DNA of 64,000 bases from contig CAUHFS010000002.1 in assembly GCA_959605475.1 (NCBI GenBank), positions 48 through 64,047 on the forward strand, in the 5' to 3' direction. How positions within the stretch are numbered: position 1 is the first letter of the stretch; every line of letters starts with the position of its first letter. Position numbers and translations under genes: made by a program. Under the pieces are notes generated by a model. The model did no database searches. It worked only from the letters and a program-made list of their open reading frames with translations, and had not been told where the DNA came from. Positions 1 to 9,208 of the stretch are shown here, in pieces. This DNA comes from an uncultured Collinsella sp. (GTDB lineage Bacteria > Actinomycetota > Coriobacteriia > Coriobacteriales > Coriobacteriaceae).

Positions 1-321
1 CTGCCGCACATGCTTCGCGCTTATGGTGACGCCGCCGCCCCCAAGCTTGCCGATCTTGCTCGCATGGCGGGCATTGCGCCGGCTACCGCGCAGGATAGTC
101 TTGCGGCCGAGGCCTTTATCGATTGGGTCGACCGCATGAACGAGATCCTGGGAATCCCCAAATATGTCTCGGGCATTCGCCGCTCCGACATTCCCGAGAT
201 GGCGGCGCATGCCGATGCCGAGGCCAATCCGCTGTACCCCGTTCCGCTTTTGATGGACCGCTTGGAGCTCGAGCGTATGTACGAGGTCGTCGCGGGTGGT
301 ATGTTTGAGGACGAGAACTAG
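1..321 (+). CDS. Iron-containing alcohol dehydrogenase, C-terminal part (5' end outside window)
   Basis: Frame open from the window edge. The C-terminus (LPHMLRAYG...DIPEMAAHADAEANPLYPVP) resembles Fe-ADH family ends, and the gene sits directly upstream of an ALDH. Confidence 0.75.
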   Translation: MPHMLRAYGDAAAPKLADLARMAGIAPATAQDSLAAEAFIDWVDRMNEILGIPKYVSGIRRSDIPEMAAHADAEANPLYPVPLLMDRLELERMYEVVAGGMFEDEN

Positions 322-330
322 GAGGGTGCC

Positions 331-1710
331 ATGAACACCGAGGAAATTGCGCGCATCGTCGGCGATCAGCGCACTTACTTTAAAACGCACGCTACGTTTG
401 ATGTTGATGCCCGACGTCGCGCGCTCGTGAGTTTACGCGATGCGGTACGGGCGCACGAGGCCGATATCGCCCATGCACTCAAGACCGATTTGGGAAAGTC
501 GCATGACGAGGCATATATGTGCGAGATCGGCACGTCGCTTTCCGAGATTCGTCATCAGATCGCTCACGTGGCTCGATGGAGTCGTCCGCGCCTGCGTCCG
601 TGTGACCTTGCCAACGCCGTGAGCGCGTGCAAAACGCAAGCCGTGCCCTATGGCGTCACGCTCATCATGGCTCCGTGGAACTACCCGTTTTTGCTAACAC
701 TCGAGCCGCTCGCCGGCGCCCTTGCCGCGGGCAATACCGTGGTCATCAAGCCGAGTGCCTATGCTCCGGCATCGAGCGCGGTGCTCAAGCAAATCTGTGA
801 AGAGGCATTTGATCCGCGCCTGGTGACGGTTGTCGAGGGCGGGCGCGCCGAGAACGAAGCGTTGCTCGATGAGTGCTGGGACAAGATCTTCTTTACCGGT
901 AGCGTTCCGGTCGGCAAGCTCGTCATGGAGCGCGCGAGTAAAAACCTCACGCCCGTGACGCTTGAGCTGGGCGGCAAGAGCCCCTGCATCGTGGATGCGA
1001 CGGCAAACTTGAAGGTCGCGGCACGGCGTATCGCCTTTGGCAAATGGCTCAACGTAGGGCAGACCTGCGTGGCGCCCGACTACCTGCTGGTCGATACGCG
1101 CGTGCACGACGAGCTGCTGGGCCTCATCAAGGAAGAGGTCCGCCGTATGTTTGGCGAGCATCCGCTCGATAACGAGGATTACGGGCATATCGTCAATGCT
1201 AAGCATTTTGCGCGCGTGCGCGGGCTGATCGATCCCGATAAGGTCGTGCTGGGAGGCACGGCGCGCGAGTCGTCGCTCAAGATTGAGCCGACGATCCTAG
1301 ACGGCGTGACCCCCGATGACGCCGTGATGCAGGAGGAGATCTTCGGTCCCATCTTGCCGGTGCTGACGTTTGAGAGCCTAGACGAGGCCGAAGCGTTTAT
1401 TACGGATCGTCCGACGCCGCTGGCCCTGTATATCTTTAGTCAGGACCGCGCAGTTCAGCAGCGCTTCGTGCGTTACGTGCCCTTTGGCGGTGGCTGTGTC
1501 AACGACACGATCATGCACTTGGCTACGAGCCATATGGGCTTTGGCGGCATGGGCGCGAGCGGTATGGGGCAGTACCATGGACGCGAGAGCTTCGATACGT
1601 TTAGCCACAAGAAGAGTATCGTGAACAAGGCAACTTGGCTGGACGTGCCGTTTCGGTATGCGCCCTACGCAAGCTGGAAGCACAAGTTCGTGCGCATGTT
1701 TGTGCATTAG
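331..1710 (+). CDS. Aldehyde dehydrogenase (ALDH3-like)
   Basis: PWNYP, FTGS, LELGGKSP, catalytic GQTCVAPDY and EEIFGP motifs; GGAGG RBS. Confidence 0.95.
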   Translation: MNTEEIARIVGDQRTYFKTHATFDVDARRRALVSLRDAVRAHEADIAHALKTDLGKSHDEAYMCEIGTSLSEIRHQIAHVARWSRPRLRPCDLANAVSACKTQAVPYGVTLIMAPWNYPFLLTLEPLAGALAAGNTVVIKPSAYAPASSAVLKQICEEAFDPRLVTVVEGGRAENEALLDECWDKIFFTGSVPVGKLVMERASKNLTPVTLELGGKSPCIVDATANLKVAARRIAFGKWLNVGQTCVAPDYLLVDTRVHDELLGLIKEEVRRMFGEHPLDNEDYGHIVNAKHFARVRGLIDPDKVVLGGTARESSLKIEPTILDGVTPDDAVMQEEIFGPILPVLTFESLDEAEAFITDRPTPLALYIFSQDRAVQQRFVRYVPFGGGCVNDTIMHLATSHMGFGGMGASGMGQYHGRESFDTFSHKKSIVNKATWLDVPFRYAPYASWKHKFVRMFVH

Positions 1711-1718
1711 AAAAGGGC

Positions 1719-1752
1719 GCAGGTAATACGAACAAGTGTTCCTATTACCTGC
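1719..1752. promoter_or_regulatory. Inverted repeat after ALDH: terminator and/or LexA-like operator
   Basis: gcaggtaata-c-GAAC-aagt-GTTC-c-tattacctgc followed by atttt. Confidence 0.55.
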
Positions 1753-1815
1753 ATTTTGCGTTAGACTACTGTTATGGAGCACGGATGGGCCAACTCCCTT
1801 TAGAAGGGATTTGGT

Positions 1816-1899
1816 ATGAACGTAAGCGATGTTATTTCGTTATTGGCGTTGTTGATTGCGGCTATCGAACTCGGTCTGTTTATCGGCCGAATGAAATAG
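1816..1899 (+). CDS. 27-aa hydrophobic peptide MNVSDVISLLALLIAAIELGLFIGRMK; candidate type I (holin-like) toxin
   Basis: Translated by hand (below the ORF-track cutoff). AAGGGA SD upstream, one TM-like segment, basic C-terminus. Confidence 0.7.
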   Translation: MNVSDVISLLALLIAAIELGLFIGRMK

Positions 1900-1993
1900 C
1901 CGCCCCCGCGTAAGCGAAGACGGCCACTTCTCACGATGAAAACGTGTATCGGAGTTGGCAAGACCCGCGGCAACGGGTGCCATCCGTGTTCCT

Positions 1994-2022
1994 ATCTTAT
2001 CTGCAAGCGTTCTGTCGCGCAA
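1994..2022 (-). promoter_or_regulatory. Convergent antisense promoter (TTGCGC-N17-TAAGAT); candidate antitoxin RNA promoter
   Basis: Reverse complement of 2017-2022 and 1994-1999 with an exact 17-nt spacer, pointing into the 3' UTR of the peptide gene. Confidence 0.5.
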
Positions 2023-2135
2023 GCGTTGAGGCAAACGATTGAAGGACGCAGACAGGATGTATTTGTGTCCGCACGGGACCGTAGACTTCTCAATAAGGTT
2101 ACACACCGGTTTATCCGGCCGTTAGAGGAGCTGCT

Positions 2136-2462
2136 ATGTACGAGCCTTCGCGTGTTCTTCTGTCGTTTCATATCGCAGGATTTCAATATGCCGACGGCGC
2201 TTTGGTCCTAGGCGATCTTAAAGCGGGCGATAAACTGACACTGTGTGCCGAGCGCGATAATCCCCATGATCCCGAGGCAGTTGCGATCTACTATGGCAAG
2301 ACCAAACTTGGCTGCGTTCCGGGAAACGAGGTCGGTCCACTGTCCTTGATGATGTATTACGGCCACGAGGACGTGTTTGAGGCCCGCGTGCAACAGGTTG
2401 CCCCCGAGCGCAGCCCGTGGCACCAGGTGCGCGTTGGCCTCTATGTGGTGGATGCCCGCTAA
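2136..2462 (+). CDS. HIRAN domain protein
   Basis: IAGFQY...L.AERDNPHDPEAVAIY...KLG.VP pattern typical of stand-alone HIRAN; GAGGAG RBS. Confidence 0.85.
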   Translation: MYEPSRVLLSFHIAGFQYADGALVLGDLKAGDKLTLCAERDNPHDPEAVAIYYGKTKLGCVPGNEVGPLSLMMYYGHEDVFEARVQQVAPERSPWHQVRVGLYVVDAR

Positions 2463-2480
2463 TCGGTAAGGGAGGCTGCC

Positions 2481-2660
2481 ATGCTTGACGACGATGACCT
2501 GTTCGATTTGACGGATGATCCGTTTGAGTGGGATATGCTACTCGATGACGATGAGCTGGAGCAGGATCGCAAAAAGCAAAAGGATAAGAACGCCCAGGGC
2601 AAAGGTTCGAATAAAAAGGACGAGTGCCGCCGCGGACTGTTCGGCGGGCTCTTTGGCTAA
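2481..2660 (+). CDS. 59-aa hypothetical protein (acidic N-half, basic C-half, GLFGGLFG tail)
   Basis: Translated by hand: MLDDDDLFDLTDDPFEWDMLLDDDELEQDRKKQKDKNAQGKGSNKKDECRRGLFGGLFG. Strong GGGAGG RBS. Confidence 0.6.
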   Translation: MLDDDDLFDLTDDPFEWDMLLDDDELEQDRKKQKDKNAQGKGSNKKDECRRGLFGGLFG

Positions 2661-2726
2661 CCGCCGCATCGCTGTGTCTGTATACTTAGCACGAGTTGGA
2701 TGCATTGCGAAATGAGGGCATAGACG

Positions 2727-3272
2727 ATGATGTGGTTTACCGCCGACCTGCACCTGGGCGATACGAATATCTTGCACGACATGGATCGACCGTTTGATTC
2801 GGTCGAGGAGATGAACCGCAAGGTCATCGATGCCATCAATGAGTGCGTGGCTGCGGACGACCGCCTCTATATCCTGGGAGACTTTACGTATCGCTTGCCC
2901 ATGGCGGAGGCGGTGCGCCTGCGCGAGCGTATCGAATGCAAGAATGCGACGCTCATCCGCGGTAACCATGACGGCGACTGGGAAGATCCCGACGCCCCGC
3001 AAATTTGGGAAGACGTGCGCGATTACCTGGAGATTGCTCCCGGCTATGCCAAGGGTCATCGTCTGGTGATGAGCCACTACCCCATGCTCAGCTGGAACGG
3101 CAAGGCACGTGGCGCCATTATGCTGCATGGGCATATCCACAGCAGGGGTGACCGCACCAACGCACGCAACCGCGATCGCGAGCGCCCCATTTACCGCTAC
3201 GATGTGGGCCTCGACGCCAATGACTACAAGCCCGTAAGTCGTGATCAAATCCTCGGCTATTTTGGACTGTAA
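2727..3272 (+). CDS. Calcineurin-like metallophosphoesterase
   Basis: DLH, LGD, GNHD, SHYP and HGHIH motifs. Confidence 0.9.
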   Translation: MMWFTADLHLGDTNILHDMDRPFDSVEEMNRKVIDAINECVAADDRLYILGDFTYRLPMAEAVRLRERIECKNATLIRGNHDGDWEDPDAPQIWEDVRDYLEIAPGYAKGHRLVMSHYPMLSWNGKARGAIMLHGHIHSRGDRTNARNRDRERPIYRYDVGLDANDYKPVSRDQILGYFGL

Positions 3273-3290
3273 TTTTCAAACTGTCACTCA

Positions 3291-3327
3291 AACCACCACA
3301 AAGGGGACAGGCACCTTTGTGGTGGTT
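3291..3327. repeat. REP-like palindrome with GGGGAC motif
   Basis: aaccaccacaaagg-ggacaggca-cctttgtggtggtt, a perfect 14-bp stem. Confidence 0.6.
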
Positions 3328-3422
3328 CTGGCGCCGTTGCCATTATGGCGGCGGCGCCTTTTTTGTCCGTGCGGCGCGGTAGAGTGTAGGCGGTCGAAAT
3401 TTGCGTCCATCGAGGAGCTGCT

Positions 3423-5180
3423 ATGAACGAGATTAAGTGCCCGCATTGCGGCGAAGTTTTTAAGGTCGATGCGTCCGGCTATGCGGATATCGTCAAGCAA
3501 GTACGCGATGCCGAGTTTTCGCGCGACCTGGACGAGCGTGTGAAGGCAGTCCAGCGCGAGGGCGAGCAAGCGCTGGAGCTTGAGCGCTCGCGTTCGACGG
3601 CTGCCTTGCAAAAGGCAGAGTCTCAGCGCAACGCTCAGCTTGTCGAGCAGAAGAACACTGCGGATCAGAAACTGGCGCAAGAGGTTGCCAAGCGCGATGC
3701 TGAGCTTGCCGAGCTGCGCGCTAAGCTCGAGGGCGCTGCCGCAGAGCGCGAGAGTGCAAGCCAGCGCGCGGCGGTAGAGGCACGAGCCAATGCTCAAAAG
3801 GAAAATGCCGAACTCCAGCGTGAGATTGATAGCCTGCGTGCGCAGCTTGGGCGCAAAGATGACGAAGCAAAGCTTGCCGAGTCGGCGGCGCGCAACGCTG
3901 CTCAAAACGATTTAGCTGCGCGCGACGCTCAGATTGCCGAGCTGCAGGCCAGGCTCGCCGCGGCGGACAAAGCCCAGGAGATGGCGCTTGCCGCTGCCGC
4001 GGCAGAGTCGCAGCGTGAGCTCGATGCCGCTCGCAGCGAGGCCGAGCGCGCGCTTACTGACTATCGCGCGAAGGTGCAAGAGAAGTTCTCCGCCGCAAAG
4101 GCTCAGTCCGAGCAAGAGGCCGAGGGCCTGCGTGCCCAGCTGCGCGAGCAGGAACTGATGGCAAAAATGAACCTGTCAGAGGCGGTCGCCGCGGCGGAGC
4201 GTGAGCGCGATGAGGCACGTGCCAAACTGACGAGCGAGCTGGCAGTGCGCGATTCTCGCGAGGAGCAGGCCAAGGCGGCACACGAGCTCGAGCTTGCGCA
4301 GGCCAAGCGTGCGAGCGATGACCTGATTCGCTACAAGGATGAAGAGATCGAGCGCCTTAAGGACATGAAGGTCCGCCTGTCCACCAAGATGGTGGGCGAG
4401 TCGCTCGAGCAGCACTGTGAGACCGAGTTTAACCGTCTGCGCATGACGGCGTTTCCTAACGCGTACTTCGAGAAGGATAACGATGCGTCCGAGGGTACCA
4501 AGGGCGACTTTATCTTCCGCGAGTGCGACGCGAGCGGCAACGAGGTCATTTCGATTATGTTCGAGATGAAAAACGAGAACGACGAGACTGCGACCAAGCA
4601 CAAAAACGAGGACTTCTTTAAGAAGCTCGATCACGATCGCCGCCAAAAAGGCTGCGAGTACGCGGTGCTCTGCACGTTGCTCGAACCCGAGAGCGAGCTT
4701 TACAACGCCGGCATCGTGGACGTGAGCTATCGCTACGAGAAGATGTACGTGATTCGCCCACAGTTCTTTATTCCCATGATCACGCTTCTTCGCAACGCCG
4801 CCATGGGTTCGCTGCGCTATAAGCAGGAACTGGCGGAGTACAAACAGCAGAATATCGACGTCACGAACTTCGAAGCCAAGATGGAAAAGTTCAAGAATGA
4901 TTTCGGTCGCAACTACGAGATCGCGAGCCGCAAGTTCCAAACGGCGATTGATGAGATCGACAAGACGATTAGCCATCTGCAGAAAACCAAGGAGGCGTTG
5001 CTGTCCTCCGAGAACAATCTGCGCCTAGCCAACAAGAAGGCCGACGATCTTACCATTCGCAAGCTCACGTGGGGCAACAAGACCATGAAGGCCGCGTTTG
5101 ACGAGGCGCGCGGGGCTGCGACAGAGACAAACGATGAGCCAGCCGAGGCGGATTCGTATGAGGTCGAGGATACCGAGTAG
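3423..5180 (+). CDS. DUF2130 family protein with long coiled-coil region
   Basis: N-terminal CPHC knuckle, Ala/Glu-rich coiled coil, C-terminal [13 protein letters not shown]...KGDFIFRE...IMFEMKNE block. Confidence 0.85.
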   Translation: MNEIKCPHCGEVFKVDASGYADIVKQVRDAEFSRDLDERVKAVQREGEQALELERSRSTAALQKAESQRNAQLVEQKNTADQKLAQEVAKRDAELAELRAKLEGAAAERESASQRAAVEARANAQKENAELQREIDSLRAQLGRKDDEAKLAESAARNAAQNDLAARDAQIAELQARLAAADKAQEMALAAAAAESQRELDAARSEAERALTDYRAKVQEKFSAAKAQSEQEAEGLRAQLREQELMAKMNLSEAVAAAERERDEARAKLTSELAVRDSREEQAKAAHELELAQAKRASDDLIRYKDEEIERLKDMKVRLSTKMVGESLEQHCETEFNRLRMTAFPNAYFEKDNDASEGTKGDFIFRECDASGNEVISIMFEMKNENDETATKHKNEDFFKKLDHDRRQKGCEYAVLCTLLEPESELYNAGIVDVSYRYEKMYVIRPQFFIPMITLLRNAAMGSLRYKQELAEYKQQNIDVTNFEAKMEKFKNDFGRNYEIASRKFQTAIDEIDKTISHLQKTKEALLSSENNLRLANKKADDLTIRKLTWGNKTMKAAFDEARGAATETNDEPAEADSYEVEDTE

Positions 5181-5197
5181 GGGATAGCGTATCGCGC

Positions 5198-5242
5198 AAA
5201 AAACGGGGCCGCTGGCGATATTGCCAACGGCCCCGCTTGTTT
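5198..5242. terminator. Bidirectional intrinsic terminator
   Basis: cggggccg...cggccccg stem with an A-tract on the left and a T-rich tract on the right, between convergent genes. Confidence 0.7.
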
Positions 5243-5259
5243 CGTTCCAGCATGTTCGG

Positions 5260-7941
5260 CTAGTCCTCGAGCAGGTCCTCGATAAAGCCGACGCGGTAGT
5301 TTTTGAAGATGACCTCGCCGCCGTCTTGCGTGGCGTCCAGATCGACATCGCCCATGATGCCAAAATCGTGGTCGCCATCCTCGTCGGCAAAGATCTGGTG
5401 CACGTGCCATATGTGCGCGGTCTTCTCGTCGGACTCGTCAATGGAAAACATCGCGGCGCTGCGGGCATCTCCGTCGGTGAGGATTTCCTCGTGCTGCTCG
5501 TGGTAAGCGTCGAGTGCTTTTTGCCAGCGGATCTCGCTCATGCCCCAGTCGTCGTCGAGCTCGCCCAGGTCGCGAACGTGCTCGCGGGCGGCAAGGGTCA
5601 CGCGGCGGAAGAGCGCGTTGCGCACCAATAGCGTGCAGCCGCGACGGTCCGCCACGACCTCGTCGATGCCCTGCGGCGGCGCAGCATCGAGGGCTGTCGG
5701 GTTGCCGGCGTTCTCCCACTCATCCACCAGGCTCGAGTCCACCGAGCGCACCACAAAGCCCAGCCACGAGATAATGTCGCGCAGGCGCTCGTCGCGCTTC
5801 TCGATGGGCACGGTGCGGTCGAGTGAACGGTAGGCCTCTGCCAGGTAACGCAGCAAAATGCCCTCGGAGCGGGCGATGCCGAGCTTTTGGATATAGCCCT
5901 TAAAATCGCTCGCGCTTTCCAGCATATCGCGCAGGACGCTCTTGGGAGAGAGCTGGTAGTCGTTGGCCCAGGGTACTTCCTGGCAGTACTTGTCGAAGGC
6001 GGCATCGAGCAAGTCCTCGAGCGGCTTTTCGTAGGTGACATCCTGGATGCGCTCCAGGCGTTCCTCATAATCGACGCCGTCAGCCTTCATTTCGGCCATC
6101 GCGCGGTCGCGCGCGGCGCGCTCCTGTGCGCGCAATACCTGCTTGGGATCCTCGAGCGTTGCCTCGACCATTGAGATCAGATCCATGGTATAGGTCTCGC
6201 TCTCGGGGTCGAGCAGCTCCAACGCGGCAAGCAAGAACGGCGAGAGCGGCTGATCGAGTGCGAAGTCCTCGGGCAGATCGACCGTCAGCGCGTAGTCGAT
6301 GTCCGGCGCGGCGTCAGCCGGAGCGTCGGGCGCGGGCGGCACCTCGGTGCGAACGACGACGCCGGAATCGATGAGTGTGGCGAAGATTTCGTCGGCGCGA
6401 ACCTCGAGCTTGGCCTTTTCCTCGGGAGTCTGCAGGCTCGTTTCGATGAGGTCGTGTACGCGGGCTCGGGCATCGCCGCCCTGCTCGACCACGCTAATCA
6501 CCATGGAGTGTGTGATGCGAAGGCGCGGCTTGAGCGTCTCGGGCTGCGTCTCGATCAGGCGCTCAAAGGTCTGCTTGTTCCAGGTGACAAAGCCCTCGGG
6601 GGCCTTTTTCTTTTTAATCTTGCGGAGCTTCTTGGGGTCGTCGCCCGCCTTGGCCATGAGCTTAGCGTTCTCGATCTCGTGCTCCGGGGCCTCGGCGATG
6701 ACCATGCCCTCGGTATCGAAGCCCGAACGGCCGGCGCGACCAGCGATCTGATGGAACTCACGGGCGCGCAGGCGACGCATCTTGTAGCCGTCGAACTTGG
6801 TGAGCGCGGTGAGCACCACGGTGTGGATGGGCACGTTGATGCCGACGCCGAGCGTATCGGTACCGCAGATGACGGGCAGCAGGCCCTGCTGCGCCAAGCG
6901 CTCGACCAGCAGGCGATAGCGCGGCAACATGCCAGCATGGTGCACGCCGACGCCGCATCCAAGCAGGCGTTTGAGAATCTTACCAAAGGCCGTCGAGAAG
7001 CTCGTGCCCTTGGCCGCCTCTTTGATGGCCTCGCGCTGCTCCTTGCTGGCGATGCCAAAATTGGCGAGCGACTGTGCCGTCGCAAGGGCGGCATCCTGGC
7101 TAAAGTGCACGATATAGAGCGGGGCCTCGCCGCGGCGCATAGCGAGCTCGACGGTGCCCTCGAGGGAGGTCGTCACATAGTCGTAGTTCAGCGGAACAGG
7201 ACGCGGGGCGTCGACAACCAAGTCGCAAGCAGCGCCGGTGTGTTCCTCGAGCGAGGCGGCGATCGCGGTGACATCGCCGAGCGTGGCGCTCATGAGCATA
7301 AACTGCGTGTGGGGCAGGGTGAGCAGCGGCACCTGCCATGCCCAGCCGCGGTCGGGGTCGGCAAAGTAGTGGAACTCGTCCATGGCCACGCAGCCCACGT
7401 CGGCGCCCTCGCCCTCGCGCAGTGCATCGTTGGCAAGGATTTCGGCCGTGCAGCAGATGACGGGCGCCTTAGTGTTGATGTGCGTATCGCCGGTGATCAT
7501 GCCAACGTTATCGCGGCCGAGTACCTGTACCAGATCGAAGAACTTTTCGCTGACCAGGGCCTTGATGGGGGCCGTGTAATAGCAGCGCTTGCCCTGCGCC
7601 ATGCCCATAAAGAGCATGCCCAGCGCGACGAGCGATTTACCCGATCCGGTCGGTGTGCCCAAAATGACGTGATCGCCGGCGGCCAGGTCCATGAGGGCCT
7701 CTTCTTGGTGACCCCACAGCTCGATGCCGCGGCTGCTCGTCCATTCAAAGAAGCGTTCGAAGGCCTGATCGGGCGTGAGCCACGGTTCGGGCTCACTGCC
7801 GTCCTCGGGCTCCCACCAGGTGGGGGAGAGCGCGCCGAGCGAGCCGAACTCGGCTTCGGTTCCCGTGCCGCCCGAGAATGAGCTGGCGGCCCCGGCGCCG
7901 GAGACGGTACTGGCGGCGGTATCTGTCGTGGTCTGTGTCAT
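5260..7941 (-). CDS. Ski2-like SF2 DEAD/DEAH-box helicase (DUF3516-type C-terminus)
   Basis: TPTGSGKS, PIKAL, DEFH, MSAT, HHAGML and QIAGRAGR motifs. Start reassigned to MTQTTT (ATG at 7941). Confidence 0.9.
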   Translation of the reverse strand: MTQTTTDTAASTVSGAGAASSFSGGTGTEAEFGSLGALSPTWWEPEDGSEPEPWLTPDQAFERFFEWTSSRGIELWGHQEEALMDLAAGDHVILGTPTGSGKSLVALGMLFMGMAQGKRCYYTAPIKALVSEKFFDLVQVLGRDNVGMITGDTHINTKAPVICCTAEILANDALREGEGADVGCVAMDEFHYFADPDRGWAWQVPLLTLPHTQFMLMSATLGDVTAIAASLEEHTGAACDLVVDAPRPVPLNYDYVTTSLEGTVELAMRRGEAPLYIVHFSQDAALATAQSLANFGIASKEQREAIKEAAKGTSFSTAFGKILKRLLGCGVGVHHAGMLPRYRLLVERLAQQGLLPVICGTDTLGVGINVPIHTVVLTALTKFDGYKMRRLRAREFHQIAGRAGRSGFDTEGMVIAEAPEHEIENAKLMAKAGDDPKKLRKIKKKKAPEGFVTWNKQTFERLIETQPETLKPRLRITHSMVISVVEQGGDARARVHDLIETSLQTPEEKAKLEVRADEIFATLIDSGVVVRTEVPPAPDAPADAAPDIDYALTVDLPEDFALDQPLSPFLLAALELLDPESETYTMDLISMVEATLEDPKQVLRAQERAARDRAMAEMKADGVDYEERLERIQDVTYEKPLEDLLDAAFDKYCQEVPWANDYQLSPKSVLRDMLESASDFKGYIQKLGIARSEGILLRYLAEAYRSLDRTVPIEKRDERLRDIISWLGFVVRSVDSSLVDEWENAGNPTALDAAPPQGIDEVVADRRGCTLLVRNALFRRVTLAAREHVRDLGELDDDWGMSEIRWQKALDAYHEQHEEILTDGDARSAAMFSIDESDEKTAHIWHVHQIFADEDGDHDFGIMGDVDLDATQDGGEVIFKNYRVGFIEDLLED

Positions 7942-8062
7942 GTGTTTGCTTTCTCTCGCGATTGTCCGCCAACTATTATGGCGTAGCAGCGGCGTGGGGT
8001 GCCAGCGCGCGAGAAAATGCAGGAAATGGGCGTTCTGCCCAGCCGTTTGGTGCAGTCGCCAG

Positions 8063-8185
8063 CTAAGTGAGTAGACTTTTTTCAATGTCGCGAGCACATG
8101 GCTTTTGCGCAAGGGTTCTACCTGCGGTTTTAGTTTTCGTTATGCGGGTTGTGCTTGGCTATTGCAAAAAAGTCTACTCACTTAG
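8063..8185. mobile_element. MITE-like element with terminal inverted repeats
   Basis: ctaagtgagtagactttttt at 8063 and its exact reverse complement ending at 8185; imperfect pairing continues inward; no coding capacity. Confidence 0.55.
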
Positions 8186-8250
8186 GTTTGAGGGTCGTTC
8201 GCTGGCGCCTATTTTCACTTGTTTGCCGACGCCGCGACCATCAGAAGCCC

Positions 8251-9090
8251 CTAGGACCCCTGCGGCAGGCGTTTTTTGCCTTTGCGAGCACGGTTTCTAA
8301 AGTTCTCGACGGCTTCTTCCATGCCCAGGGGTACATAGGTGAGCTCATCGAGGTTTTCGGGCAGGTAGCAGGTAAGGCTTTGCTCCTGCGCGCGGCCCGC
8401 CGCGAGCTGCTCTTCGATGGGTTCCGCGCCGGGCGTAGCGCAAATGCCATAGACGGCGGCACCCATCTCGCGCGTGCGGCGCTCGTACTCGGTCTCGGGA
8501 TGCTCGGGATGGTCGCGGCGGACGTCGTCGCTTACCCAAAGCGTATCGTAGCCGGCCGCGGCAAACTGTCCCAGGGCGTAATCGCGCAACGGCTTGCTAT
8601 CGGTGCGCAGTGTGACGGTAGCGCCGGCTGCAAAGAGCGGGCGGTAGAGCATCAGATGGTCGACATGGACGAGTCGTTTTTTAGCGTACTTGGCCTTGGG
8701 CTGCGGCGTGGGAAAGTTAATGGTGATGGCATCGAGCTCGCCTGCGGCAAACAGCCGTGGCAGCGATGCGGTGCCTCGGGGCAGGACGAGTGCGTTGGAT
8801 AGCCCCTGTTCGCAGATTTTCTGCGCGGCATAGGCGATGCAGATGGGCTCCTGGTCCATGCCGATAAAGAGGGCATCGGGCTCGCGGTGGGCGCGCTCTA
8901 CAAGGTACGTTCCCTTGCCACAGCCAAGATCCAGGTGAAGGTGCTCGAAGGGCTTGCTGCCTGCGGGCGCACAGGCCTTGCGCCAATCTCCGGCATAAGC
9001 CTCGGGGTTTGTCTCAATCGCATCGGCGTAGCGTTCCAGGCGCTCCTCGAGCACAAAGTTCTTAGGCGTGCGAACGTGGACGGCTCCCAT
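8251..9090 (-). CDS. trmB: tRNA (guanine-N7)-methyltransferase
   Basis: LDLGCGKG, INFPTPQPKAKYAKKRL, LRTD and TEYERR motifs, plus a C-terminal extension. Confidence 0.85.
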   Translation of the reverse strand: MGAVHVRTPKNFVLEERLERYADAIETNPEAYAGDWRKACAPAGSKPFEHLHLDLGCGKGTYLVERAHREPDALFIGMDQEPICIAYAAQKICEQGLSNALVLPRGTASLPRLFAAGELDAITINFPTPQPKAKYAKKRLVHVDHLMLYRPLFAAGATVTLRTDSKPLRDYALGQFAAAGYDTLWVSDDVRRDHPEHPETEYERRTREMGAAVYGICATPGAEPIEEQLAAGRAQEQSLTCYLPENLDELTYVPLGMEEAVENFRNRARKGKKRLPQGS

Positions 9091-9208
9091 GAGGCTCCTT
9101 GGTCATAAGTATGGAACGCATAGCTGCACGTTCCGTCAATGGATTGAAAAAGGGCGGGCATAGTTTGCCCGGAAGATGCGGTGCGGCTCGGCGGCGAGTC
9201 GTCGATGC

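Noticed and set aside
7942..8112. N-terminal extensions in the ORF track (helicase; also 10100, 24724, 41633 and 59343 starts)
   Set aside because: The extensions run through repeats or promoter DNA; downstream starts have better RBS and family-typical N-termini.
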